Positions 13,684-30,300 of a stretch of DNA of 64,000 nucleotides are shown here, in pieces (the stretch's first letter is position 1; each line of letters begins with the position of its first letter). This stretch comes from Eledone cirrhosa (taxonomy: Eukaryota), in assembly GCA_964016885.1 (NCBI GenBank), contig OZ024743.1, positions 209,560,001 through 209,624,000 of the forward strand, in the 5' to 3' direction. Made by a program: the position numbers and the translations under genes. The notes below the pieces were generated by a model. It ran no database searches. It saw nothing but the letters and a program-made list of their open reading frames with translations, and was not told the DNA's origin.

Positions 13684-16600
13684 GATGAAAGCTCTTCACT
13701 CCATAAGATATACCACAGTTTACCATCCTATAGCCACAGATGAAAGCTGTTCACTCCATAAGATATAATACAGTTTACCATCCTATACCCAGATGAAAGC
13801 TCTTCACTCCATAATATATACCACAGTTTACCATCCTATAGCCACAGATGAAAGCTCTTCACTCCATAAGATATACCACAGTTTACCATCCCAAAGCCAC
13901 AGATGAACGCTCTTCACTCCATAAGATATACCTCAGTTTACCATCCTATAGCCACACATGAGAGCTCTTCACTCCATAAGATATACCACAGTTTACCATC
14001 CTATAGCCACACATGAGAGCTCTTCACTCCATAATATATACCACAGTTTACCATCCTATGGCCACACATGAAAGCTCTTCACCCCATAAGATATACCACA
14101 GTTTACCATCCTATAGCCAGATGAAAGCTCTTCACTCCGTAAAATATACCACAGTTTACCATCCTGTAGCCACACATGAGAGCTCTTCACTCCATAAGAT
14201 ATACCACAGTTCACCATCCTATAGCCACACATGAGAGCTCTTCACTCCATAAGATATACCACAGTTTACCATCCTGTGGCCACACATGAAAGCTCTTCAC
14301 TCCATAAGATATACCACTGTTTACCATCCTATGGCCACACATGAAAGCTCTTCACTCCATAAGATATACCACAGTTTACCATCCTATAGCCAGATAAAAG
14401 CTCTTCACTCCATAAGATATACCACAGTTTACCACCCTATGGCCACAGATGAAAGCTCTTCACTCCATGAGATATAGCACAGTTTACCATCCTATAGCCA
14501 CGCCACGGATGAAAGCACTTCATTCCATGAGATATACGACAGTTTACAATCCTATAGCCACACATGAAAGCTCTTCACTCCATAAGATATACCACAGTTT
14601 ACCATCCTATAGCCACACATGAAAGCTCTTCACTCCATAAGATATACCACAGTTTACCATCCTATAGCCACGCCACGGATGAAAGCTCTTCACTCCATAA
14701 GATATACCACAGTTTACCATCCTATAGCCACGCCACGGATGAAAGCTCTTCACTCCATAAGATATACCACAGTTTACCATCCTATAGACACACATGAAAT
14801 CTCTTCACTCCATAAGATATACCTCAGTTTACCATCCTATAGCTACAGATGAAAGCTCATCACTCCATAAGATAAACCACAGTTTACCATCCTATAGCCA
14901 CACATGAGAGCTCTTCACTCCATAAGATATACCACAGTTTACCATCCTATAGCCAGATGAAAGCTCTTCACTCCATAAAATATACCACAGTTTACCATCC
15001 TATAGCCACACTAAAGCTCTTCACTCCATAAGATATACCACAGTTTACCATCCTATAGCCACACATGAGAGCTCTTGACTCCATAAGATATACCACAGTT
15101 TACCATCCTATAGCCACACATGAAAGCTCTTCACTCCATAAGATATACCACAGTTTCCCATCCTATAGCCACACATGAAAGCTCTTCACTCCATAAAATA
15201 TACCACAGTTTACCATCCTATAGCCACACATGAGAGCTCTTCACTCCATAAGATATACAACAGTTTACCATCCTATAGCCATACATGAAAGCTCTTCACT
15301 CCATAAGATATACCACTGTTTACCATCCTATAGCCACACATGAGAGCTCTTCACTCCATAAGATATACCACAGTTTACCATCCTATAGCCACACATGAGA
15401 GCTCTTCACTCAGTAAGATATACCACAGTTTACCATGCTATGGCCACACATGAAAGCTCTTCACTCCATAAGATATACCACTGTTTACCATCCTATGGCC
15501 ACACATGAAAGCTCTTCACTCCATAAGATATACCACAGTTTACAATCCTATGGCCACACGTGAAAGCTCTTCACTCCATAATATATTCCACAGTTTACCA
15601 TCCTATAGCCACACATAAGAGCTCTTCACTCCATAAGATATACCACAGTTTACCATCCTATAGCCACACATGAAAGCTCTTCACTCCATAAGATATACCA
15701 CAGTTTACAATCCTATGGCCACACGTGAAAGCTCTTCACTCCATAATATATTCCACAGTTTACCATCCTATAGCCACACATAAGAGCTCTTCACTCCATA
15801 AGATATACCACAGTTTACCATCTTATAGCCACACATGAAAGTTCTTCACTCCATAAGATATACCACTGTTTACCATCCTATGGCCACACATGAAAGCTCT
15901 TCACTCCATAAGATATACCACAGTTTACCATCCTATAGCCACGCCACGGATGAAAGCTCTTCACTCCATAAGATATACCACATTTTACAATCCTATAGCC
16001 ACAGATGAAAGCTCTTCACTCCATAAGATATACCACAGTTTACCATCCTATAGCCACAGATGAAAGCTGTTCACTCCATAAGATATAATACAGTTTACCA
16101 TCCTATACCCAGATGAAAGCTCTTCACTCCATAATATATACCACAGTTTACCATCCTATAGCCACAGATGAAAGCTCTTCACTCCATAAGATATACCACA
16201 GTTTACCATCCCAAAGCCACAGATGAACGCTCTTCACTCCATAAGATATACCTCAGTTTACCATCCTATAGCCACACATGAGAGCTCTTCACTCCATAAG
16301 ATATACCACAGTTTACCATCCTATAGCCACACATGAGAGCTCTTCACTCCATAATATATACCACAGTTTACCATCCTATGGCCACACATGAAAGCTCTTC
16401 ACCCCATAAGATATACCACAGTTTACCATCCTATAGCCAGATGAAAGCTCTTCACTCCGTAAAATATACCACAGTTTACCATCCTGTAGCCACACATGAG
16501 AGCTCTTCACTCCATAAGATATACCACAGTTCACCATCCTATAGCCACACATGAGAGCTCTTCACTCCATAAGATATACCACAGTTTACCATCCTGTGGC

Positions 16601-18371
16601 CACACATGAAAGCTCTTCACTCCATAAGATATACCACTGTTTACCATCCTATGGCCACACATGAAAGCTCTTCACTCCATAAGATATACCACAGTTTACC
16701 ATCCTATAGCCAGATAAAAGCTCTTCACTCCATAAGATATACCACAGTTTACCACCCTATGGCCACAGATGAAAGCTCTTCACTCCATGAGATATAGCAC
16801 AGTTTACCATCCTATAGCCACGCCACGGATGAAAGCACTTCATTCCATGAGATATACGACAGTTTACAATCCTATAGCCACACATGAAAGCTCTTCACTC
16901 CATAAGATATACCACAGTTTACCATCCTATAGCCACACATGAAAGCTCTTCACTCCATAAGATATACCACAGTTTACCATCCTATAGCCACGCCACGGAT
17001 GAAAGCTCTTCACTCCATAAGATATACCACAGTTTACCATCCTATAGCCACGCCACGGATGAAAGCTCTTCACTCCATAAGATATACCACAGTTTACCAT
17101 CCTATAGACACACATGAAATCTCTTCACTCCATAAGATATACCTCAGTTTACCATCCTATAGCTACAGATGAAAGCTCATCACTCCATAAGATAAACCAC
17201 AGTTTACCATCCTATAGCCACACATGAGAGCTCTTCACTCCATAAGATATACCACAGTTTACCATCCTATAGCCAGATGAAAGCTCTTCACTCCATAAAA
17301 TATACCACAGTTTACCATCCTATAGCCACACTAAAGCTCTTCACTCCATAAGATATACCACAGTTTACCATCCTATAGCCACACATGAGAGCTCTTGACT
17401 CCATAAGATATACCACAGTTTACCATCCTATAGCCACACATGAAAGCTCTTCACTCCATAAGATATACCACAGTTTCCCATCCTATAGCCACACATGAAA
17501 GCTCTTCACTCCATAAAATATACCACAGTTTACCATCCTATAGCCACACATGATAGCTCTTCACTCCATAAGATATACAACAGTTTACCATCCTATAGCC
17601 ATACATGAAAGCTCTTCACTCCATAAGATATACCACTGTTTACCATCCTATAGCCACACATGAGAGCTCTTCACTCCATAAGATATACCACAGTTTACCA
17701 TCCTATAGCCACACATGAGAGCTCTTCACTCCATAAGATATACCACAGTTTACCATGCTATGGCCACACATGAAAGCTCTTCACTCCATAAGATATACCA
17801 CTGTTTACCATCCTATGGCCACACATGAAAGCTCTTCACTCCATAAGATATACCACAGTTTACAATCCTATGGCCACACGTGAAAGCTCTTCACTCCATA
17901 ATATATTCCACAGTTTACCATCCTATAGCCACACATAAGAGCTCTTCACTCCATAAGATATACCACAGTTTACCATCCTATAGCCACACATGAAAGCTCT
18001 TCACTCCATAAGATATACCACAGTTTACAATCCTATGGCCACACGTGAAAGCTCTTCACTCCATAATATATTCCACAGTTTACCATCCTATAGCCACACA
18101 TAAGAGCTCTTCACTCCATAAGATATACCACAGTTTACCATCTTATAGCCACACATGAAAGTTCTTCACTCCATAAGATATACCACTGTTTACCATCCTA
18201 TGGCCACACATGAAAGCTCTTCACTCCATAAGATATACCACAGTTTACCATCCTATAGCCACGCCACGGATGAAAGCTCTTCACTCCATAAGATATACCA
18301 CATTTTACAATCCTATAGCCACAGATGAAAGCTCTTCACTCCATAAGATATACCACAGTTTACCATCCTAT
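13684..18371 (+). repeat. Tandem block duplication, period 2320 bp (42 monomers)
   Basis: ORFs pair at 14013/16333, 14286/16606, 14564/16884 and 14619/16939. Private markers: AGATATAATA...TATACCCAG at 13761/16081, CTAAAGCTCT at 15011/17331 and CATTTTACAA at 15981/18301. Confidence 0.94.
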
Positions 18372-21300
18372 GGCCACAGATGAAAGCTCTTCACTCCATA
18401 AGATATACCACAGTTTACCATCCTATAGCCACAGATGAAAGCTCTTTACTCCATAAGATATACCACAGTTTACAATCCTATAGCCACACATGAAAGCTCT
18501 TCACTCCACAAAATATACCACAGTTTACCATCCTATAGCCACAGATGAAAGCTCTTCACTCCATAAGATATACCACAGTTAACCACCCTATGGCCACAGA
18601 TGAAAGCTCTTCACTCCATGAGATATACCACAGTTTACCATCCTATAGCCACGCCACGGATGAAAGCTCTTCACTCCATAAGATATACCACAGTTTACAA
18701 TCCTATAGCCACAGATGAAAGCTCTTCACTCCTTAAGATATACCACAGTTTACCATCCTATGGCCACAGATGAAAGCTCTTCACTCCATAAGATATACCA
18801 CAGTTTACCATCCTATGGCCACAGATAAAAGCTCTTCACACCATAAGATATACCACAGTTTTCCACCCTATGGCCACAGATGAAAGCTCTTCACTCCATA
18901 AGATATACCACAGTTTACCATCCTATAGCCACGCTACGGATGAAAGCTCTTCACTCCATAAGATATACCACAGTTTACCATCCTATGGCCACAGATGAAA
19001 GCTCTACACTCCATAAGATATACCACAGTTTACCATCCTATAGCCACAGATGAAAGCTCTTCACTCCAAAAGATATACCACAGTTTACAATCCTATAGCC
19101 ACACATGAAAGCTCTTCACTCCATAAGATATACCACAGTTTACCATCCTATAGCCACACATGAAAGCTCTTCACTCCATAAGATATACCACAGTTTACCA
19201 TCCTATAGCCACACATGAATGCTCTTCACTCCATAAGATATACCACAGTTTACAATCCTATAGCCACACATGAAAGCTCTTCACTCCATAAGATATACCA
19301 CAGTTTACCATCCCATTGCCACACATGAAAGCTCTTCACTCCATAAGATATAGCACAGTTTACCATCCTATAGGCACACATGAAAGCTCTTCACTCCATA
19401 AGATATACCACAGTTTACCATCCTATAGCCACACATGAAAGCTCTTCACGCCATAAGATATACCACAGTTTACCATCCTATAGCCAGATGAATGCTCTTC
19501 ACTCCATAAGATATACGACAGTTTACCATCTAATAGCCACACATGAAATCTCTTCACTCCATAAGATATACCTCAGTTTACCATCCTATAGCCACAGATG
19601 AAAGCTCTTCACTCCGTAAAATATACCACAGTTTACTATCCTATAGCCACACATGAAAGCTCTTCACTCCATAAGATATACCACAGTTTACCATCCTATA
19701 GCCACACATGAGAGCTCTTCACTCCATAAGATATACCACAGTTTACCAACCTATAGCCACACATGAAATCTCTTCACTCCATAAGATATACCACAGTTTA
19801 CCATCCTATAGCCACACATGAAAGCTCTTCACTCCATAAAATATACCACAGTTTACCATCCTATAGCCACACATGAGAGCTCTTCACTCCATAAGATATA
19901 CAACAGTTTACCATCCTATAGCCATACATGAAAGCTCTTCACTCCATAAGATATACCACTGTTTACCATCCTATAGCCACACATGAGAGCTCTTCACTTC
20001 ATAAGATATACCACAGTTCACCATCCTATAGCCACACATGAGAGCTCTTCACTCCATAAGATATACCACAGTTTACCATGCTATGGCCACACATGAAAGC
20101 GCTTTACTCCATAAGATATACCACTGTTTACCATCCTATGGCCACACATGAAAGCTCTTCACTCCATAATATTTTCCACAGTTTACCATCCTATAGCCAC
20201 ACATGAGAGCTCTTCACTCCGCAAGATATACCACTGTTTACCATCCTATGGCCACACATGAAAGCTCTTCACTCTATAAGATATACCACAGTTTACCATC
20301 CTATAGCCACACATGAAAGCTCTTCACTCCATAAAATATACCACAGTTTACCATCCTATAGCCACGCCACGGATGAGAGCTCTTCACTCCATAAGATATA
20401 CCACAGTTTACAATCCTATAGCCACAGATGAAAGCTCTTCACTCCATAAGATATACCACAGTTTACCATCCTATGGCCACAGATGAAAGCTCTTCACTCC
20501 ATAAGATATACCACAGTTTACCATCCTATAGCCACAGATGAAAGCTCTTCACTCCATAAGATATACCACAGTTTACAATCCTATAGCCACACATGAAAGC
20601 TCTTCACTCCATAAAATATACCACAGTTTACCATCCTGTAGCCACAGATGAAAGCTCTTCACTCCATAAGTTATACCACAGTTTACCATCCTATAGCCAG
20701 ATGAAGGCTCTTCACTCCATAAGATATACCACAGTTTACCACCCTATGGCCACAGATGAAAGCTCTTCACTCCATGAGATATACCACAGTTTACCATCCT
20801 ATAGCCACGCCACGGATGAAAGCTCTTCACTCCATAAGATATACCACAGTTTACAATCCTATAGCCACAGATGAAAGCACTTCACTCCATAAGATATACC
20901 ACAGTTTACCATCCTATGGTGACAGATGAAAGCTCTTCACTCCATAAGATATACCACAGTTTACCATCCTATGGCCACAGATGAAAGCTCTTGACTCCAT
21001 AAGATATACCACAGTTTACCACCCTATGGCCACAGATGAAAGCTCTTCACTCCATAAGATATACCACAGTTTACCATCCTATAGCTACGCCACGGATGAA
21101 AGCTCTTCACTCCATAAGATATACCACAGTTTACAATCCTATAGCCACAGATGAAAGCTCTTCACTCCATAAGATATACCACAGTTTACCATCCTATGGC
21201 CACAGATGAAAGCTCTTCACTCCATAAGATATACCACAGCTTACCATCCTATAGCCACAGTTGAAAGCTGTTCACTCCATAAGATATACCACAGTTTACA

Positions 21301-24300
21301 ATCCTATAGCCACACATGAAAGCTCTTCACTCCATAAGATATACCACAGTTAACCATCCTATAGCCACACATGAAAGCTCTTCACTCCATAAGATATACC
21401 ACAGTTTACCATCCTATAGCCACGCCACGGATGAAAGCTCTTCACTCCATAAGATATACCACAGTTTACAATCCTATAGCCACAGATGAAAGCTCTTCAC
21501 TCCATAAGATATACCACAGTTTACCATCCTATTGCCACACATGAAAGCTCTTCACTCCATAAGATATAGCACAGTTTACCATCCTATAGGCACACATGAA
21601 AGCTCTTCACTCCATAAGATATACCACAGTTTACCATCCTATAGCCACACATGAAAGCTCTTCACGCCATAAGTTATACCACAGTTTACCATCCTATAGC
21701 CAGATGAATGCTCTTCAGTCCATAAGATATACGACAGTTTACCATCTTATAGCCACACATGAAATCTCTTCACTCCATAAGATATACCTCAGTTTACCAT
21801 CCTATAGCCACAGATGAAAGCTCTTCACTCCATAAGATATACCACAGTTTACCATCCTATAGCCACACATGAAAGCTCTTCACGCCATAAGGTATACCTC
21901 AGTTTACCATCCTATAGCCACAGATGAAAGCTCTTCACTCCATAAGATATACCTCAGATTACCATCCTATAGCCACAGATGAAAGCTCTTCACTCCATAA
22001 GATATACCACAGTTTACCATCATATGGCCAAACATGAAAGTTCTTCACCCCATAAGATATACCACAGTTTACCCTCCTATAGCCAGATGAAAGCTCTTCA
22101 CACCGTAAAATATACCACAGTTTACCATCCTATAGCCACACATGAAAGCTCTTCACTCCATAAGATATACCACAGTTTACCATCCTATAGCCACACATGA
22201 GAGCTCTTCATTCCATAAGATATACCACAGTTTACCATCCTATAGCCACACATGAAAGCTCTTCACTCCATAAGATATACCACAGTTTACCATCCTATAG
22301 CCACACATGAAAGCTCTTCACTCCATAAAATATACCACAGTTTACCATCCTATAGCCACACATGAGAGCTCTTCACTCCATAAGATATACCACAGTTTAC
22401 CACCCTATGGCCACAGATGAAAGCTCTTCACTCCATAAGATATACCACAGTTTACCATCCTATAGCTACGCCACGGATGAAAGCTCTTCACTCCATAAGA
22501 TATACCACAGTTTACAATCCTATAGCCACAGATGAAAGCTCTTCACTCCATAAGATATACCACAGTTTACCATCCTATGGCCACAGATGAAAGCTCTTCA
22601 CTCCATAAGATATACCACAGCTTACCATCCTATAGCCACAGATGAAAGCTCTTCACTCCACAAGATATACCACAGTTTACAATCCTATAGCCACACATGA
22701 AAGCTCTTCACTCTATAGGATATACCACAGTTAACCATCCTATAGCCACACATGAAAGCTCTTCACTCCATAAGATATACCACAGTTTACCATCCTATAG
22801 CCACGCCACGGATGAAAGCTCTTCACTCCATAAGATATACCACAGTTTACAATCCTATAGCCACAGATGAAAGCACTTCACTCCATAAGATATACCACAG
22901 TTTACCATCCTATTGCCACACATGAAAGCTCTTCACGCCATAAGATATACCACAGTTTACCATCCTATAGCCACAGATGAAAGCTCTTCACTCCATAAGA
23001 TATACCACTGTTTACCATCCTATGGCCACACATGAAAGCTCTTCACTCCATAAGATATACCACAGTTTACCATCCTATAGGCACACATGAAAGCTCTTCA
23101 CTCCATAAGATATACCACAGTTTACCATCCTATAGCCACAGATGAAAGCTCTTCACTCCATAAAATATACCACAGTTTACCATCCTATAGCCACACATGA
23201 AAGCTCTTCACTCCATAAGATATAGCACAGTTTACCATCCTATAGCCACAGATGAAAGCTCTTCACTCCATAAGATATACCACAGTTTACCATCCTATAG
23301 CCACACTACGGATGAAAGCTCTTCACTCCATAAGATATACCACAGTTTACCATCCTATGGCCACAGATGAAAGCTCTTCACTCCATAAGATATACCACAG
23401 TTTACCATCCTATAGCCACAGATGAAAGCTCTTCACTCCATAAGATATACCACAGTTTACCATCCTATGGCCACAGATGAAAGCTCTTCACTCCATAAGA
23501 TATACCACAGTTTACCATCCTATAGCCACAGATGAAAGCTCTTCACTCCAAAAGATATACCACAGTTTACAATCCTATAGCCACACATGAAAGCTCTTCA
23601 CTCCATAAGATATACCACAGTTTACAATCCTATAGCCACACATGAAAGCTCTTCACTCCATAAGATATACCACAGTTTACCATCCTATTGCCACACATGA
23701 AAGCTCTTCACTCCATAAGATATAGCACAGTTTACCATCCTATAGGCACACATGAAAGCTCTTCACTCCATAAGATATACCACAGTTTACCATCCTATAG
23801 CCACACATGAAAGCTCTTCACACCATAAGATATACCACTATTTACCATCCTATAGCCACACATGAGAGCTCTTCACTTCATAAGATATACCACAGTTCAC
23901 CATCCTATAGCCACACATGAGAGCTCTTCACTCCATAAGATATACCACAGTTTACCATGCTATGGCCACACATGAAAGCTCTTTACTCCATAAGATATAC
24001 CACTGTTTACCATCCTATGGCCACACATGAAAGCTCTTCACTCCATAATATATTCCACAGTTTACCATCCTATAGCCACACATGAGAGCTCTTCACTCCG
24101 CAAGATATACCACTGTTTACCATCCTATGGCCACACATGAAAGCTCTTCACTCTATAAGATATACCACAGTTTACCATCCTATAGCCACACATGAAAGCT
24201 CTTCACTCCATAAAATATACCACAGTTTACCATCCTATAGCCACGCCACAGTTGAAAGCTCTTCACTCCATAAGATATACCACAGTTTACAATCCTATAG

Positions 24301-27300
24301 CCACACATGAAAGCTCTTCACTCCATAAGATATACCACAGTTAACCATCCTATAGCCACACATGAAAGCTCTTCACTCCATAAGATATACCACAGTTTAC
24401 CATCCTATAGCCACGCCACGGATGAAAGCTCTTCACTCCATAAGATATACCACAGTTTACCATCCTATAGCCACACATGAAAGCTCTTCACGCCATAAGT
24501 TATACCACAGTTTACCATCCTATAGCCAGATGAATGCTCTTCAGTCCATAAGATATACGACAGTTTACCATCTTATAGCCACACATGAAATCTCTTCACT
24601 CCATAAGATATACCTCAGTTTACCATCCTATAGCCACAGATGAAAGCTCTTCACTCCATAAGATATACCACAGTTTACCATCCTATAGCCACACATGAAA
24701 GCTCTTCACGCCATAAGGTATACCTCAGTTTACCATCCTATAGCCACACATGAAAGCTCTTCACTCCATAAGATATAGCACAGTTTACCATCCTATAGCC
24801 ACAGATGAAAGCTCTTCACTCCATAAGATATACCACAGTTTACCATCATATGGCCAAACATGAAAGTTCTTCACCCCATAAGATATACCACAGTTTACCC
24901 TCCTATAGCCAGATGAAAGCTCTTCACACCGTAAAATATACCACAGTTTACCATCCTATAGCCACACATGAAAGCTCTTCACTCCATAAGATATACCACA
25001 GTTTACCATCCTATAGCCACACATGAGAGCTCTTCATTCCATAAGATATACCACAGTTTACCATCCTATAGCCACACATGAAAGCTCTTCACGCCATAAG
25101 ATATACCACAGTTTACCATCCTATAGCCACACATGAAAGCTCTTCACTCCATAAAATATACCACAGTTTACCATCCTATAGCCACACATGAGAGCTCTTC
25201 ACTCCATAAGATATACCACAGTTTACCACCCTATGGCCACAGATGAAAGCTCTTCACTCCATAAGATATACCACAGTTTACCATCCTATAGCTACGCCAC
25301 GGATGAAAGCTCTTCACTCCATAAGATATACCACAGTTTACAATCCTATAGCCACAGATGAAAGCTCTTCACTCCATAAGATATACCACAGTTTACCATC
25401 CTATGGCCACAGATGAAAGCTCTTCACTCCATAAGATATACCACAGCTTACCATCCTATAGCCACAGATGAAAGCTCTTCACTCCATAAGATATACCACA
25501 GTTTACCATCCTATAGCCACACATGAAAGCTCTTCACGCCATAAGATATACGACAGTTTACCATCTTATAGCCACACATGAAATCTCTTCACTCCATAAG
25601 ATATACCTCAGTTTACCATCCTATAGCCACAGATGAAAGCTCTTCACTCCATAAGATATACCACAGTTTACCATCCTATAGCCACACATGAAAGCTCTTC
25701 ACGCCATAAGATATACCTCAGTTTACCATCCTATAGCCACAGATGAAAGCTCTTCACTCCATAAGATCTACCACTGTTTACCATCCTATGGCCACACATG
25801 AAAGCTCTTCACTCCATAAGATATACCACAGTTTACCATCCTATAGGCACACATGAAAGCTCTTCACTCCATAAGATATACCACAGTTTACCATCCTATA
25901 GCCACAGATGAAAGCTCTTCACTCCATAAAATATACCACAGTTTACCATCCTATAGCCACACATGAAAGCTCTTCACTCCATAAGATATAGCACAGTTTA
26001 CCATCCTATAGCCACAGATGAAAGCTCTTCACTCCATAAGATATACCACAGTTTACCATCCTATAGCCACACTACGGATGAAAGCTCTTCACTCCATAAG
26101 ATATACCACAGTTTACCATGCTATGGCCACACATGAAAGCTCTTCACTCCATAAGATATACCACAGTTTACCATCCTATAGCCACACATGAAAGCTCTTC
26201 ACTCAATAAGATATACCACAGTTTACCATCCTATAGCCACACATGAAAGCTCTTCACTCCATAAGATATACCACAGTTTACAATCCTATAGCCACACATG
26301 AAAGCTCTTCACTCCATAAGATATACCACAGTTTACCATCCTATTGCCACACATGAAAGCTCTTCACTCCATAAGATATAGCACAGTTTACCATCCTATA
26401 GGCACACATGAAAGCTCTTCACTCCATAAGATATACCACAGTTTACCATCCTATAGCCACACATGAAAGCTCTTCACACCATAAGATATACCACAGCTTA
26501 CCATCCTATAGCCAGATGAATGCTCTTCACTCCATAAGATATACGACAGTTTACCATCTAATAGCCACACATGAAATCTCTTCACTCCATAAGATATACC
26601 TCAGTTTACCATCCTATAGCCACAGATGAAAGCTCTTCACTCCGTAAAATATACCACAGTTTACTATCCTATAGCCACACATGAAAGCTCTTCACTCCAT
26701 AAGATATACCACAGTTTACCATCCTATAGCCACACATGAGAGCTCTTCACTCCATAAGATATACCACAGTTTACCAACCTACAGCCACACATGAAAGCTC
26801 TTCACTCCATAAGATATACCACAGTTTACCATCCTATAGCCACACATGAATGCTCTTCACTCCATAAAATATACCACAGTTTACCATCCTATAGCCACAC
26901 ATGAGAGCTCTTCACTCCATAAGATATACAACAGTTTACCATCCTATAGCCATACATGAAAGCTCTTCACTCCATAAGATATACCACTGTTTACCATCCT
27001 ATAGCCACACATGAGAGCTCTTCACTCCATAAGATATACATCAGTTCACCATCCTATAGCCACACATGAGAGCTCTTCACTCCATAAGATATACCACAGT
27101 TTACCATGCTATGGCCACACATGAAAGCTCTTTACTCCATAAGATATACCACTGTTTACCATCCTATGGCCACACATGAAAGCTCTTCACTCCATAAGAT
27201 ATACCACAGTTTACAATCCTATGGCCACACATGAAAGCTCTACACTCCATAATATATTCCACAGTTTACCATCCTATAGCCACACATGAGAGCTCTTCAC

Positions 27301-30300
27301 TCCGCAAGATATACCACTGATTACCATCCTATGGCCACACATGAAAGCTCTTCACTCCATAAGATATACCACAGTTTACCATCCTATAGCCACACATGAA
27401 AGCTCTTCACTCCATAAAATATACCACAGTTTACCATCCTATAGCCACGCTACGGATGAAAGCTCTTCACTCCATAAGATATACCACAGTTTACAATCCT
27501 ATAGCCACAGATGAAAGCTCTTCACTCCATAAGATATACCACAGTTTACCATCCTATGGCCACAGATGAAAGCTCTTCACTCCATAAGATATACCACAGT
27601 TTACCATCCTATAGCCACACATGAGAGCTCTTCACTCCATAAGATATACCACAGTTTACCATCCTATAGCCACACATGAAAGCTCTTCACTCCATAAGAT
27701 ATACCACAGTTTACCATCCTATAGCCACACATGAAAGCTCTTCACTCCATAAAATATACCACAGTTTACCATCCTATAGCCACACATGAGAGCTCTTCAC
27801 TCCATAAGATATACCACAGTTTACCACCCTATGGCCACAGATGAAAGCTCTTCACTCCATAAGATATACCACAGTTTACCATCCTATAGCTACGCCACGG
27901 ATGAAAGCTCTTCACTCCATAAGATATACCACAGTTTACAATCCTATAGCCACAGATGAAAGCTCTTCACTCCATAAGATATACCACAGTTTACCATCCT
28001 ATGGCCACAGATGAAAGCTCTTCACTCCATAAGATATACCACAGCTTACCATCCTATAGCCACAGATGAAAGCTCTTCACTCCACAAGATATACCACAGT
28101 TTACAATCCTATAGCCACACATGAAAGCTCTTCACTCTATAAGATATACCACAGTTAACCATCCTATAGCCACACATGAAAGCTCTTCACTCCATAAGAT
28201 ATACCACAGTTTACCATCCTATAGCCACGCCACGGATGAAAGCTCTTCACTCCATAAGATATACCACAGTTTACAATCCTATAGCCACAGATGAAAGCTC
28301 TTCACTCCATAAGATATACCACAGTTTACCATCCTATTGCCACACATGAAAGCTCTTCACTCCATAAGATATAGCACAGTTTACCATCCTATAGGCACAC
28401 ATGAAAGCTCTTCACTCCATAAGATATACCACAGTTTACCATCCTATAGCCACACATGAAAGCTCTTCACGCCATAAGATATACCACAGTTTACCATCCT
28501 ATAGCCAGATGAATGCTCTTCAGTCCATAAGATATACGACAGTTTACCATCTTATAGCCACACATGAAATCTCTTCACTCCATAAGATATACATCAGTTT
28601 ACCATCCTATAGCCACAGATGAAAGCTCTTCACTCCATAAGATATACCACAGTTTACCATCCTATAGCCACACATGAAAGCTCTTCACGCCATAAGATAT
28701 ACCTCAGTTTACCATCCTATAGCCACAGATGAAAGCTCTTCACTCCATAAGATATACCACTGTTTACCATCCTATGGCCACACATGAAAGCTCTTCACTC
28801 CATAAGATATACCACAGTTTACCATCCTATAGGCACACATGAAAGCTCTTCACTCCATAAGATATACCACAGTTTACCATCCTATAGCCACAGATGAAAG
28901 CTCTTCACTCCATAAGATATACCACAGTTTACAATCCTATAGCCACACATGAAAGCTCTTCACTCCATAAAATATACCACAGTTTACCATCCTATAGCCA
29001 CACATGAAAGCTCTTCACTCCATAAGATATAGCACAGTTTACCATCCTATAGCCACAGATGAAAGCTCTTCACTCCATAAGATATACCACAGTTTACCAT
29101 CCTATAGCCACACTACGGATGAAAGCTCTTCACTCCATAAGATATACCACAGTTTACCATCCTATGGCCACAGATGAAAGCTCTTCACTCCATAAGATAT
29201 ACCACAGTTTACCATCCTATAGCCACAGATGAAAGCTCTTCACTCCAAAAGATATACCACAGTTTACAATCCTATAGCCACACATGAAAGCTCTTCACTC
29301 CATAAGATATACCACAGTTTACCATCCTATAGCCACACATGAAAGCTCTTCACTCCATAAGATATACCACAGTTTACCATCCTATAGCCACACATGAAAG
29401 CTCTTCACTCCATAAGATATACCACAGTTTACAATCCTATAGCCACACATGAAAGCTCTTCACTCCATAAGATATACCACAGTTTACCATCCTATTGCCA
29501 CACATGAAAGCTCTTCACTCCATAAGATATAGCACAGTTTACCATCCTATAGGCACACATCAAAGCTCTTCACTCCATAAGATATACCACAGTTTACCAA
29601 CCTACAGCCACACATGAAAGCTCTTCACTCCATAAGATATACCACAGTTTACCATCCTATAGCCACACATGAATGCTCTTCACTCCATAAAATATACCAC
29701 AGTTTACCATCCTATAGCCACACATGAGAGCTCTTCACTCCATAAGATATACAACAGTTTACCATCCTATAGCCATACATGAAAGCTCTTCACTCCATAA
29801 GATATACCACTGTTTACCATCCTATAGCCACACATGAGAGCTCTTCACTCCATAAGATATACATCAGTTCACCATCCTATAGCCACACATGAGAGCTCTT
29901 CACTCCATAAGATATACCACAGTTTACCATGCTATGGCCACACATGAATGCTCTTTACTCCATAAGATATACCACTGTTTACCATCCTATGGCCACACAT
30001 GAAAGCTCTTCACTCCATAAGATATACCACAGTTTACAATCCTATGGCCACACATGAAAGCTCTACACTCCATAATATATTCCACAGTTTACCATCCTAT
30101 AGCCACACATGAGAGCTCTTCACTCCGCAAGATATACCACTGATTACCATCCTATGGCCACACATGAAAGCTCTTCACTCCATAAGATATACCACAGTTT
30201 ACCATCCTATAGCCACACATGAAAGCTCTTCACTCCATAAAATATACCACAGTTTACCATCCTATAGCCACGCCACGGATGAAAGCTCTTCACTCCATAA

